Numbered from the stretch's first letter, positions 7,262 through 15,941 are shown. The stretch: 19,818 nt of DNA from Calditrichaceae bacterium (GCA_050178385.1 JBFXGD010000023.1:1-19818), one strand, 5' to 3'. Notes: generated by a model from the letters alone, not told the origin. Program-made: numbers and translations.

Positions 7262-8272
7262 ATGCTGACCGATCTGTGGGTCATCGTAATGCTGATCGGA
7301 GATGTCTTTGTTCTTTTTTTCTCGGTTTATGCGGTTGGCGTCGGAATTCAGATTGCCCGAAAGTGGGATATTCAGTCATCGACAGATGAACAGCTCCTGC
7401 TCGAAAGGAAGACACACCTGGTATCAACCGTAATGAATTATGTTTTCGGGTTTCAGATGATCTCGCTTCTGCTTTTTGTAGTGACCGTCAATGATCATTT
7501 CCCGGCGCTGATAAAAGGCGCAATGTGCGGAACAGGTTCATTGAATACAAATAGTTTCGGCTGGCTGACGCTTTACCTTAAAATAGGCGGATTTTTTATT
7601 TACGGTTCATGGCTTATTATAAATAACCTTGATCAGAAAATTCCCGAATTTCCACTTACCCGCCAAAAGTTTTTTCTTCTGCTGATTCTGATCCCATTTA
7701 TATTTATTCAGATTTATTCTGAACTTCAGTATTATCTGAATATCAATCCAAACATCATTACCACCTGCTGCAGTATCTCATTCAGTGATAATCCGCTGTC
7801 ACAAAACTCTTTTGATAACAGCGGCGATGAATCGGTTAAAGTATATCTTTTTTACGGACTGCTGATTTTCTATGTCATTGCCGGTGTGTTTGGCTTGCGG
7901 AAACAGCAAACAAAACTTGTTTGTCGAACCGGTTATGTGACGGGAATTCTTTCTCCGCTCCTGTTTATAGGGGCGTTGGACGCGCTTATTGTCCATTTTT
8001 CAAAATATATCTACGCCATGCCTTCGCATCACTGTCCCTTTGATATGCTTTGGGCAAATTATCTGCATGTGGGTTACCTGCTTTATGGACTACTTTTCGC
8101 CGGCAGCCTGACCGGCATGTCCGTCGGTTTGATGGTATTCTTTTCGAATAATAAGAATGTTTCTGATATCGCCGGAATCATGAAAAACCGCTTTATTAAA
8201 ACCAGTTTGTTCTGCTTCATATCCTACACATTTCTGATTATTTTGATTAAGTATGGATGGACAATCATTTAA
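7262..8272 (+). CDS. Polytopic (about 8 TM) hypothetical membrane protein with GAMC, CC and HHCPF motifs
   Basis: Eight hydrophobic segments with loops containing IKGAMCGTG, ITTCCSISF and YAMPSHHCPF. Start directly abuts the upstream TAG; GAGGAG RBS. Confidence 0.75.
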   Translation: MLTDLWVIVMLIGDVFVLFFSVYAVGVGIQIARKWDIQSSTDEQLLLERKTHLVSTVMNYVFGFQMISLLLFVVTVNDHFPALIKGAMCGTGSLNTNSFGWLTLYLKIGGFFIYGSWLIINNLDQKIPEFPLTRQKFFLLLILIPFIFIQIYSELQYYLNINPNIITTCCSISFSDNPLSQNSFDNSGDESVKVYLFYGLLIFYVIAGVFGLRKQQTKLVCRTGYVTGILSPLLFIGALDALIVHFSKYIYAMPSHHCPFDMLWANYLHVGYLLYGLLFAGSLTGMSVGLMVFFSNNKNVSDIAGIMKNRFIKTSLFCFISYTFLIILIKYGWTII

Positions 8273-8348
8273 TTAAAGCTTAATTTCCGGTAAATTTATA
8301 TCCCCGGTTTTATGTCTTTTTGGTTCGTTTTTAATAATGCTGTTAAAT

Positions 8349-8376
8349 TTGCCATTAAAGAATCTTTTTTTATTTT
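8349..8376 (+). promoter_or_regulatory. Candidate sigma70-type promoter for the HAD hydrolase gene block
   Basis: TTGCCA (8349-8354), 16-nt spacer, TATTTT (8371-8376), in an AT-rich 176-nt intergenic gap. Confidence 0.4.
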
Positions 8377-8448
8377 AGATTCAGACGTTTGATTTCCTTA
8401 AGTTCTTTTCTAAATCAGAACTGGAACTAACCGGAAAGGAGTTTCATT

Positions 8449-9144
8449 GTGATCCGCGCGGTATTGCTTGATCTGGATGATACGCTGCTCGATACAAATA
8501 TGGACCAATTTATTCCGGTCTATTTTGACGCGTTAAGCCGGAAGATGAAAGATTACCTTCCACCCAAAGATATGATTAATCTGGTCCTGGAGGGTACAAA
8601 AGAAATGATTCAAAACAGGGATTCTTCTAAAACCAACAAAGAAGTCTTTGACGGCTATTTCTATCCCCGTCTGGAATACCCGGCTTCGGTCGTACAGCCG
8701 GTAATCGATTCCTTTTATGAAGACCAATTCCCAATCCTGAAAAAATATACAAGTCCGATTCCCATTGCGCGCGAATTTGTAAGTGAGCTCTTGAAATGGG
8801 GATGTCAGGTGGTTATCGCGACAAACCCTCTTTTTCCCGCCCGGGCCATTGAACACAGGATAGACTGGGCGGGTTTGTCTGACTTTTCTTTCTCCCTCAT
8901 TACCACCTATGAAAATTCTCATTTTTGTAAGCCTGATCCCAATTATTTTAAGGAAATTCTGACCAAACTAAATGTTGAACCGGAAGAAACGATTATGATA
9001 GGTAACGATTTGGAGAACGATATAAAGCCGGCAAAAGAAGCCGGTCTTCATGCCTATTGGATAAATAATAATCAGGGAGAACTGCAGGGATCACTGGAAA
9101 AATGTTTTGAATGGGTCAGATTCGGCGGATTTACGAAATTATAG
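8449..9144 (+). CDS. HAD-superfamily hydrolase (subfamily IA)
   Basis: Motif I LLDLDDTLLD, motif II ATNP, KPDP, motif IV MIGNDLENDI. GTG start with AAAGGAG RBS. Confidence 0.92.
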   Translation: MIRAVLLDLDDTLLDTNMDQFIPVYFDALSRKMKDYLPPKDMINLVLEGTKEMIQNRDSSKTNKEVFDGYFYPRLEYPASVVQPVIDSFYEDQFPILKKYTSPIPIAREFVSELLKWGCQVVIATNPLFPARAIEHRIDWAGLSDFSFSLITTYENSHFCKPDPNYFKEILTKLNVEPEETIMIGNDLENDIKPAKEAGLHAYWINNNQGELQGSLEKCFEWVRFGGFTKL

Positions 9145-9231
9145 CGATGTTCAATATGACCGGAAAAAACTAAAAGAAGATGTTTTTTGATTTTTAAATA
9201 AAATAATTGTCCAGTAACTGAGGAATTAAGA

Positions 9232-10629
9232 ATGAAAATTCAATTTTTTGGCGGCGCGCAAACCGTCACCGGGTCACAATATTTATTGTCGGTCAACGGT
9301 AAAAAAATACTTCTGGAATGCGGTATGTTTCAGGGACGCCGCAGTGAAACCTATGATCGGAACAAGAATTTTTCATTTAATCCTTCTGAAGTTGATGTAA
9401 TGCTCTTGTCTCATGCTCATATTGATCATAGCGGCAACATTCCCAACCTGATAAGAAACGGATTTAAGGGACAAATATATGCCACTTCCGCCACAGCGGA
9501 TTTGTGTCAGATTATGCTGCGTGATTCAGCCTATCTCCAGGAGAAGGATGTGGAGTGGGTGAATAAGAAGCGAAAACGTAAAAATCAACCCCCCATTGAA
9601 CCGATCTATACGATTGATGACGCCGAGCTCGCGCTGAAACATTTTGTAGGTGTTCATTACGATCATGCGATTGAAGTGGCTCCCGGTGTGAGAGCGACTT
9701 TCAGGGATGCCGGACATATTTTGGGTTCGGCGGGGATTCTTCTGGAAATTTCCGAAAACGGAAGATCACTCAGATTTGGGTTCAGCGGAGATATCGGCCG
9801 TAAAGATATGCCGGTGCTGCATGATCCGAATTATCTGCTCGATCTTGATGTGCTCATGATGGAAAGTACTTATGGTAATCGGCTTCATACACCTTCGGAT
9901 GATGTTGAGGAAGAATTGGCGCAAACCATCCGGGGAGTTGTCAGTGATGGCGGAAAAATCATCATTCCCGCCTTCGCCGTCGGCAGAACCCAGGTCCTCG
10001 TATATATGCTTCATAAGCTTTTTGATCAGGCGAGGATTCCCGATATCCCGATTTTTGTAGACAGCCCCATGGCCTGCAACGCGACCGAAGTATTCAGATT
10101 ACATCCTGAGTGTCTCGACAGGGAAACCCATCGACTGTTTCTGGCAGAAGATGATAATCCGTTTGGATTCGGCAGGTTGAAATACATCCGGGAGGCGGCA
10201 AAATCCAAAGAACTGAACGATCTGAAGACGCCGCATATCATAATATCCGCATCGGGGATGGCTGAAGGAGGCCGGATATTGCATCATTTAAGAAACAATA
10301 TTGAGAATCCCAAAAACCTGGTGTTGTTTGTAGGTTACGCGGCGGCGTATACCCTGGCCAGGAAAATGATGGATGGTGATGAGGAAGTGAGTATTTTCGG
10401 AGAAAAACACAAAGTCTTATGCAAGGTCAAAAAAATGGATGATTTCAGCGGACACGCGGATCGTAACGAATTACTGGAATATGTGAAATTTCACAAACCC
10501 GAAAAATTAAAACAAATTTTCCTTGTTCATGGCGAAGAGGATCAGGCGATTCCTCTGAAAACAGCGATTTCAGAATTAGGCTATGCCTCGGTTTATTTCC
10601 CTAAAAGGGAAGAATCGATCCAAATATAA
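9232..10629 (+). CDS. Metallo-beta-lactamase fold, beta-CASP family nuclease (YSH1/TTHA0252-like RNA-processing hydrolase)
   Basis: SHAHIDHSG, DAGHILGS, FSGDIG, MESTYG, PAFAVGRTQ, ISASGMAEGGRILHHL, FSGHAD and LVHGE. Confidence 0.93.
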   Translation: MKIQFFGGAQTVTGSQYLLSVNGKKILLECGMFQGRRSETYDRNKNFSFNPSEVDVMLLSHAHIDHSGNIPNLIRNGFKGQIYATSATADLCQIMLRDSAYLQEKDVEWVNKKRKRKNQPPIEPIYTIDDAELALKHFVGVHYDHAIEVAPGVRATFRDAGHILGSAGILLEISENGRSLRFGFSGDIGRKDMPVLHDPNYLLDLDVLMMESTYGNRLHTPSDDVEEELAQTIRGVVSDGGKIIIPAFAVGRTQVLVYMLHKLFDQARIPDIPIFVDSPMACNATEVFRLHPECLDRETHRLFLAEDDNPFGFGRLKYIREAAKSKELNDLKTPHIIISASGMAEGGRILHHLRNNIENPKNLVLFVGYAAAYTLARKMMDGDEEVSIFGEKHKVLCKVKKMDDFSGHADRNELLEYVKFHKPEKLKQIFLVHGEEDQAIPLKTAISELGYASVYFPKREESIQI

Positions 10630-10709
10630 GCCGGTACAGCTAAAAAACTTTGAAGATTGATTCTGTAAATTTATATTTGGGCTGGATGTGATAAAAGAAA
10701 TTGGGAAAT

Positions 10710-11099
10710 ATGAAGATAAAAAAGTTTTTAAGCAGCTCCGGCCTTGAGATTCTTGTCGGTCAGGATGATTTCAGCAATGATCAGTTAACGTTTAGAACAG
10801 GTCATGCCAATGATTTATGGTTTCATGTCAATGGCGCGCCGGGGAGCCATGTCATTCTTCGCTGCGGTGAAGATTCCGTAGTACCTGACAAGCAGAGTAT
10901 CAAAGAAGCAGCCGAACTTGCCGCCTGGTTTTCAAAAATGAGAGAAGGCGGAAGTGTGCCGGTGCATTATTGTTTTGTTAAACAGGTGAATAAACCCAGA
11001 GGAGCAAAACCTGGATCCGTAACAATCCGCCAGGCGAAGAAAATTAATGTTCGTCCGTTTCTGCATAAGGAAACCGACGGAACTGAAGAGGGGAGATGA
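10710..11099 (+). CDS. Standalone NFACT RNA-binding domain protein (NFACT-R/DUF814, as in the C-terminus of RqcH/FbpA)
   Basis: ILVGQ...NDQLT...DLWFHVNGAPGSHVIL...AAELAAWFSK...VNKPRGAKPGSV. ATG 10710 preferred over TTG 10701. Confidence 0.88.
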   Translation: MKIKKFLSSSGLEILVGQDDFSNDQLTFRTGHANDLWFHVNGAPGSHVILRCGEDSVVPDKQSIKEAAELAAWFSKMREGGSVPVHYCFVKQVNKPRGAKPGSVTIRQAKKINVRPFLHKETDGTEEGR

Positions 11100-11105
11100 A
11101 TTATA

Positions 11106-12962
11106 ATGAGCACCAGCAAGACAGCTTTTGCCGGAGCATTGCGGAATACCATTAAGAATAGATTAACTTTGCTCTCGCCTGAAATTATCAGTGAAATAAA
11201 TGCTAATCTTGATCCGTCGCAGGATCGCGCACCAAATCTCTGGGAGACGGCGAATATTTTGGGTAATTACTACAACAGAGTCTCTGTAGGAAATGATGTC
11301 CGTAAAACATGCAGGGAGATCATTGATCATATCCGGACTTTTCAGGGGCAAAGGGCGGTAGAATCGAAAACTCCCGCGCCTGTCGTATTCGGTACGTCGG
11401 GATGGCGTGGTCTCATCGGCGAAGATTTTACCATCGAAAATGTGCATAAAGTTGTTCGCGGTATCATTGAAATGATGAAAAGCGATGAATTTTTGAAGAC
11501 AAACGGATACACGGATTTTGATGATGTCAGGAAAGCGGGGATTCTTCTTTTGAGGGATAACCGGTTTATGGGGGATCAGTTTCTCGTTGCCGCAATGCAT
11601 GAACTCGCTTCAGAAAAAATAAAGATCTATTTTGCCGGTGAATGTCCGACAGGGGTGGGTTCGGCAATACTAAAAGAATTAAAGGCGGCGGGATCGATTA
11701 ACTTCACGCCGTCGCATAATCCTATGGAATACGCGGGTGTTAAATTCAATCCCGGTGACGGCGGGCCGGCTGATAAGAATCTGACATCGATTATCGAAGA
11801 GAAATCGAACGCGTATATGAAAGACGGTTCTGATTTTATCCCGGCGGTGAGCGATTTTGACGAACTCCGTACGGATATCAATGGTAAGGAACTATTCAGA
11901 AAATTCGTGGAAGAAAAAGGTCTGGCGTTTGATCTGAAACAAATCAGAGCCTGGCTGAAAAAATCAAAAAATGATCTTTTTATTCTCATCGATAATATGC
12001 ACGGCTCTTCAAGAGGTTATGTACAGTCGCTTCTCGGTGAGGATATTATAGGGGAGCTTGAAAAGGCGGGGGCAATTGAATTTATGCATACCGATGAAGA
12101 TTATTCGTTTCATGGAGTGAAACCGGAGCCTAGCGCGGCCAATCAGAAACCACTGATAGATAAACTGCAATTATCGGGAAGAAAAATGACTCTGGCCGTG
12201 GCAATGGATCCGGATGCTGACAGGATTCGTTTTGGCGACGCGGAAATGGATAGTGATATGAACCGTTTTGCCGCGATTGCTTTTGAGAATATAATCAATA
12301 AAGGTATCAAAGGCGGAATAGTCACCAGTGTGCCTTCGTCAGGTTTTGCACCCGAGGTTGCCCGCGCGAATCAATTTCCGTTTTATGAAACCCCGGTCGG
12401 GTTTAAAAATTTCCGTGAGGCGCTCACCGGTGGTGATGTGGCGATGGCATTTGAAGAGTCGGACGGTATTACTTTTAAGGGGCATACGTTAGAAAAATGC
12501 GCTTTGGCAGGGTTTTTGGCGGCACTGGATGTGATGGCTTCAACCGGAGAAAATCTCTCGGAACGGTATAGCGATCTGTGTAAAAAATACGGATATTTCT
12601 ACCCTGAAAGAGGTGGAGAGGATGTCAAAGGTGTGAGTGTGGAAGCCTGGCAAAAATATAAAGCCGATGTTGTCAATGTTCTGATGAACGGACTATATAA
12701 AACCGGTGATGAAATTACCATCGGAAATGAAAACAAAAAAATCGTGGAAATAAATACGATCGACGGATTAAAAATTATTTTTGAAGATAAAAGCTGGATT
12801 TTGTTGAGGCCCTCGGGGACGGAACCGAAATTCCGTTATTATTATGAATTGGTAAGCAGTGAACCGAGTGATGATTATGCGGAGCGCCTTAAATTCTATG
12901 GAAAAACGGCAGCTGATATTCTTGAAAGAGCAAGAAAAATAGTAGAGAGAAACGCGCCTTAA
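11106..12962 (+). CDS. Alpha-D-phosphohexomutase (phosphoglucomutase/phosphomannomutase)
   Basis: FGTSGWRG, catalytic-Ser loop TPSHNP, metal loop DPDADR, TPVGFK, FEESDG and phosphate loop RPSGTEPK. About 90 aa precede the first motif. Confidence 0.92.
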   Translation: MSTSKTAFAGALRNTIKNRLTLLSPEIISEINANLDPSQDRAPNLWETANILGNYYNRVSVGNDVRKTCREIIDHIRTFQGQRAVESKTPAPVVFGTSGWRGLIGEDFTIENVHKVVRGIIEMMKSDEFLKTNGYTDFDDVRKAGILLLRDNRFMGDQFLVAAMHELASEKIKIYFAGECPTGVGSAILKELKAAGSINFTPSHNPMEYAGVKFNPGDGGPADKNLTSIIEEKSNAYMKDGSDFIPAVSDFDELRTDINGKELFRKFVEEKGLAFDLKQIRAWLKKSKNDLFILIDNMHGSSRGYVQSLLGEDIIGELEKAGAIEFMHTDEDYSFHGVKPEPSAANQKPLIDKLQLSGRKMTLAVAMDPDADRIRFGDAEMDSDMNRFAAIAFENIINKGIKGGIVTSVPSSGFAPEVARANQFPFYETPVGFKNFREALTGGDVAMAFEESDGITFKGHTLEKCALAGFLAALDVMASTGENLSERYSDLCKKYGYFYPERGGEDVKGVSVEAWQKYKADVVNVLMNGLYKTGDEITIGNENKKIVEINTIDGLKIIFEDKSWILLRPSGTEPKFRYYYELVSSEPSDDYAERLKFYGKTAADILERARKIVERNAP

Positions 12963-12974
12963 AAAGGAATTTGG

Positions 12975-13601
12975 ATGATGAAAAAAAATGGTAATACGGA
13001 AATAAAAGCGGTTATTTTTGACCTTGGACGCGTACTTGTTAAAGTTGATTTCGCGAGGGGTTTGTTCAAATATGCCCATACTTCGCCCAACGCCGATGAT
13101 CTTGCGCTATTGGATAAATTGTTCAAAAATGAACTGTTTATCCAGTTTAATACCGGAAAGATTGATACAATACAGATGTATCAGTCTGTCAAAGATCAAT
13201 TTGATATCCAGCTTGAATACGATGTCTTTAAAGAAAAATGGTGTGATATTTTCTCGCCGATGGATGGCATGGAATCAGTTGTGCGCGAAGCGGGTGAGAG
13301 ATATCATTTAGGATTGCTCTCAGATATCGATCCGCTGCATTGGGAATATCTCAAAAATACCTATGGATTGCTTGATGTATTTGATAAACCTACCCTAAGT
13401 TTTGAGACCGGAATCCTGAAACCGGCAGCTGAAGCGTATAAAGTCGCCGCCCACAATGTGGGTTTTGATCCTGAAAATTGTTTTTTTATCGATGACAGGC
13501 CGCAGAATATTGAAGGCGCGGTTAAAGCCGGTATGCGGGGAGTTATTTTTACCGGGGTTGAAAAACTAAGATCCGATTTGCATAAATCAGGCATACTCTG
13601 A
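12975..13601 (+). CDS. HAD-family phosphatase, YihX (glucose-1-phosphatase)-like
   Basis: IFDLGRVLV, LLSD...LHW, LSFETGILKP and FFIDDRPQNIEGA. AAAGGA RBS. Directly follows the mutase gene. Confidence 0.85.
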   Translation: MMKKNGNTEIKAVIFDLGRVLVKVDFARGLFKYAHTSPNADDLALLDKLFKNELFIQFNTGKIDTIQMYQSVKDQFDIQLEYDVFKEKWCDIFSPMDGMESVVREAGERYHLGLLSDIDPLHWEYLKNTYGLLDVFDKPTLSFETGILKPAAEAYKVAAHNVGFDPENCFFIDDRPQNIEGAVKAGMRGVIFTGVEKLRSDLHKSGIL

Positions 13602-13704
13602 TATCGTTCTAAAATGATTCATTCGATATAGAAGTGATGATGTAACTTATTGGATATTTTGTCATCTTTTATAAAGAGAGATGTACAAATTATGGTGGAA
13701 AGAT

Positions 13705-14010
13705 ATGGATCTAAAAGAATTTTTAGAAAAAATCGATATTGAAAAAGTAAAAATTATTACTGCTGAACAGCTTGAATTTATAAAAGCAGCGGCCGAATTA
13801 ATCACCGAACGCGATACCCTTATCTCAGGTATAATCCGTGTTTTGAAAATTGAAAACACCTACCTTTTGCAGGAAACGACGAATAAATCTGAAATCACCT
13901 TAAGAAGATTTACCAGCCTCGAGTCAGCAAATGAGCTTTTGGATGAACGGATGGAGATTTATGAAAAAATGTGGGACGGCTGCGGCTGCAAAATCAGGTA
14001 TTACTCATAA
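13705..14010 (+). CDS. Small hypothetical protein ending in WDGCGCKIRYYS
   Basis: Open frame from 13681. ATG 13705 has GGTGGA upstream, so the start is uncertain. Protein-like composition; no family recognised. Confidence 0.7.
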   Translation: MDLKEFLEKIDIEKVKIITAEQLEFIKAAAELITERDTLISGIIRVLKIENTYLLQETTNKSEITLRRFTSLESANELLDERMEIYEKMWDGCGCKIRYYS

Positions 14011-14023
14011 TTGTTAATTATTC

Positions 14024-14073
14024 TTGCATGAATCATTCATTTTGCTGATATTCATTCATGGGATCAGCATTTT
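14024..14073 (+). promoter_or_regulatory. Candidate promoter with overlapping palindrome and a weak hairpin upstream of the CBS gene
   Basis: TTGCAT (14024-14029), 17-nt spacer, GATATT (14047-14052). Perfect palindrome ATGAAT-C-ATTCAT (14028-14040). Stem TGCTGAT/ATCAGCA (14043-14049 and 14063-14069) followed by TTTT. Confidence 0.4.
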
Positions 14074-14103
14074 GTGTCTAAATAACATAGAGGAGGAAAC
14101 CTA

Positions 14104-14547
14104 ATGAGCAGCAACTTGCCAACGGTGCAGGATTTCATGGACAAGACATTTGTTACCCTGCAGCGTGATATGGATGTCTACAAAGCGATCGACGTTCTTC
14201 TTACAAAAGGAATAACCAGCGCGGTTGTAGCCGATGATGAAATGAAGATTGTCGGAATTCTCTCGGAAAAGGACTGCCTCACACTTTTGACAAGAGGGGA
14301 ATACCACAGTCTCCCCAGCGGCAGAGTCTCTGATTTTATGACAGAGCATGTTGTCACGATCCCGCCTAATACAGATATTTTCAGTGTCGCGGATATGTTC
14401 CTGAAACATTTTTTCAGACGCCTGGTTGTGGCGGATCAGGATGGAAAGATGGTCGGACAGATTACCCGGCGTGATTTGCTGAAAATTATTAAGGCGTTTA
14501 AAGGTCAGCAGAAGGAAAAAAACAAGAAGATCGCTCCAATTTTATAG
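14104..14547 (+). CDS. CBS domain pair protein
   Basis: TVQDFM...IVGILSEKDCL and RVSDFMT...RRLVVAD...MVGQITRRDLL. Strong GAGGAGG RBS. Confidence 0.93.
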   Translation: MSSNLPTVQDFMDKTFVTLQRDMDVYKAIDVLLTKGITSAVVADDEMKIVGILSEKDCLTLLTRGEYHSLPSGRVSDFMTEHVVTIPPNTDIFSVADMFLKHFFRRLVVADQDGKMVGQITRRDLLKIIKAFKGQQKEKNKKIAPIL

Positions 14548-14660
14548 AACGATCAATTGTTTTTGCCGAATTGCCTCAACCCGTCATGAAATTCGGGGAT
14601 CAGATATCAACCCGGGTTTATATTTTCCCTTGTGAAGATTTTAGTAAGATTTTCAATGAG

Positions 14661-15896
14661 TTATTCCCGCGAAATGGGCATAGTCATACAGCGGCAGCCG
14701 CCCCCGCCCCTTGTGAGCTCATTACCAGAAATAGCCACCGCATATTTGTCCATTTTATTCAAATCAACTTTTCCGCTGATCACATCGATGGCTTCAACAC
14801 GAGGTATTCCGGCTTGCGCGAGCGCTTCATAGGTGTATATATTCATTCCGTAACCGATAATTTTTCCCGGCGCGATCGTAAAGAAGTTAGCCCCGGACTG
14901 CCATTGTTCGCGCTTTTGATAAAGATCCGTATCTCCTCCGCAATTAATCGGTTCAAGATTAATATTTACAGTTCTTAAGGCATTGAGAAGATATGGATAT
15001 CTGTTAAATTTGGGATGGTTGATATCGGACAAATTTATATGGATGACGTCAACGGCATTTTTTGCCAGAATCACCGGTGGTGAAACCACAGCCTTATCAT
15101 GGTCAATCATCGTAAAAACCATATCAAGGTGTATTGTAGCTCTGATTTTCGGAAGGACGACAACAAACACATGTTTTATGTTTTTACTCTTTTTGAATCG
15201 TTCAACAAGATAATCAATCCCCTGCGTACTGGTTCTTTCACTCATCCCTATAAGGACAGTATCTTCCTGCAGAATAAGAATATCACCCCCTTCAAATGTA
15301 GCGTCCGGCATACTCACTTTTGTGGCATCAATTAAAAATTCCTGACAAAGCAAATCAGAATGAAAACGAAAAATGTAGCTCATTATAATCGCTTCAGCGA
15401 TACGAATCCGGTTTGCCATATTTCCGATTATGGCTTTATCATTGATAACCATTGCTGAATCCCTGGTAAAAAACAGGTTTGGCAGGGGCGGCAGTGAATA
15501 ATTTCTGGGAGTAAGAAAACGTTCCAGTGTATTCCTTTTAATTTTCGTTCCTGTAATTAATTGAGCCGCAAGTGTTTTTGGATCAAGATCAAGAAGGGAA
15601 TTTTCCACTTCAACGGTGTTCAGGTGGGCGCACAAATCCCGTATGAGTTCTCTTTTTACTTTTTCATCCTCTAAAATATCTGTGAGTAAATCCTTGACCT
15701 GAATCGGCTCAGCAACTTTTGCCAAAACACCGCTAAGCTGATTATGCTGTTTGATGGCTGACGGCAGATAAAGAATATCATCATACAACAATTCAACGGC
15801 AGCCTCGGGAGTCATCAGTTCCAGTTCCATGCCGGGTGTATGAATGATTACTTTTTTTAAGGGACTTATTTCAGAAGTTACATGAACACGACTCAC
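14661..15896 (-). CDS. arcA: Arginine deiminase
   Basis: VTSEISPLKKVIIHTPG, LLYDDI, PLPNLFFTRD, EGGD, HLDMVFTMID, REQW and ELTRGGGGCRCMTMPI (catalytic Cys). GTG start with GGAG upstream. Confidence 0.92.
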   Translation of the reverse strand: MSRVHVTSEISPLKKVIIHTPGMELELMTPEAAVELLYDDILYLPSAIKQHNQLSGVLAKVAEPIQVKDLLTDILEDEKVKRELIRDLCAHLNTVEVENSLLDLDPKTLAAQLITGTKIKRNTLERFLTPRNYSLPPLPNLFFTRDSAMVINDKAIIGNMANRIRIAEAIIMSYIFRFHSDLLCQEFLIDATKVSMPDATFEGGDILILQEDTVLIGMSERTSTQGIDYLVERFKKSKNIKHVFVVVLPKIRATIHLDMVFTMIDHDKAVVSPPVILAKNAVDVIHINLSDINHPKFNRYPYLLNALRTVNINLEPINCGGDTDLYQKREQWQSGANFFTIAPGKIIGYGMNIYTYEALAQAGIPRVEAIDVISGKVDLNKMDKYAVAISGNELTRGGGGCRCMTMPISRE

Positions 15897-15941
15897 GGGA
15901 GCTCCGGCTTATTGTTTAACAGGCATTTATATAAGAGGCAG

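Noticed and set aside
8273..8330. Possible intrinsic terminator after the operon (CCGG...CCGG followed by T-rich sequence)
   Set aside because: The stem is too short and the loop too long to support a call.
14548..14660. Inverted repeat CCGAATT/AATTCGG (14566-14596) and a short AAGATTTT direct repeat between convergent genes
   Set aside because: A 7-bp AT-rich stem with a long loop and no clear U-tract; compatible with chance.
14571..15335. Several plus-strand ORFs of 66-135 aa overlapping arcA
   Set aside because: Antisense shadows of a well-conserved gene with no motifs. The same applies to the other short nested ORFs in the track.
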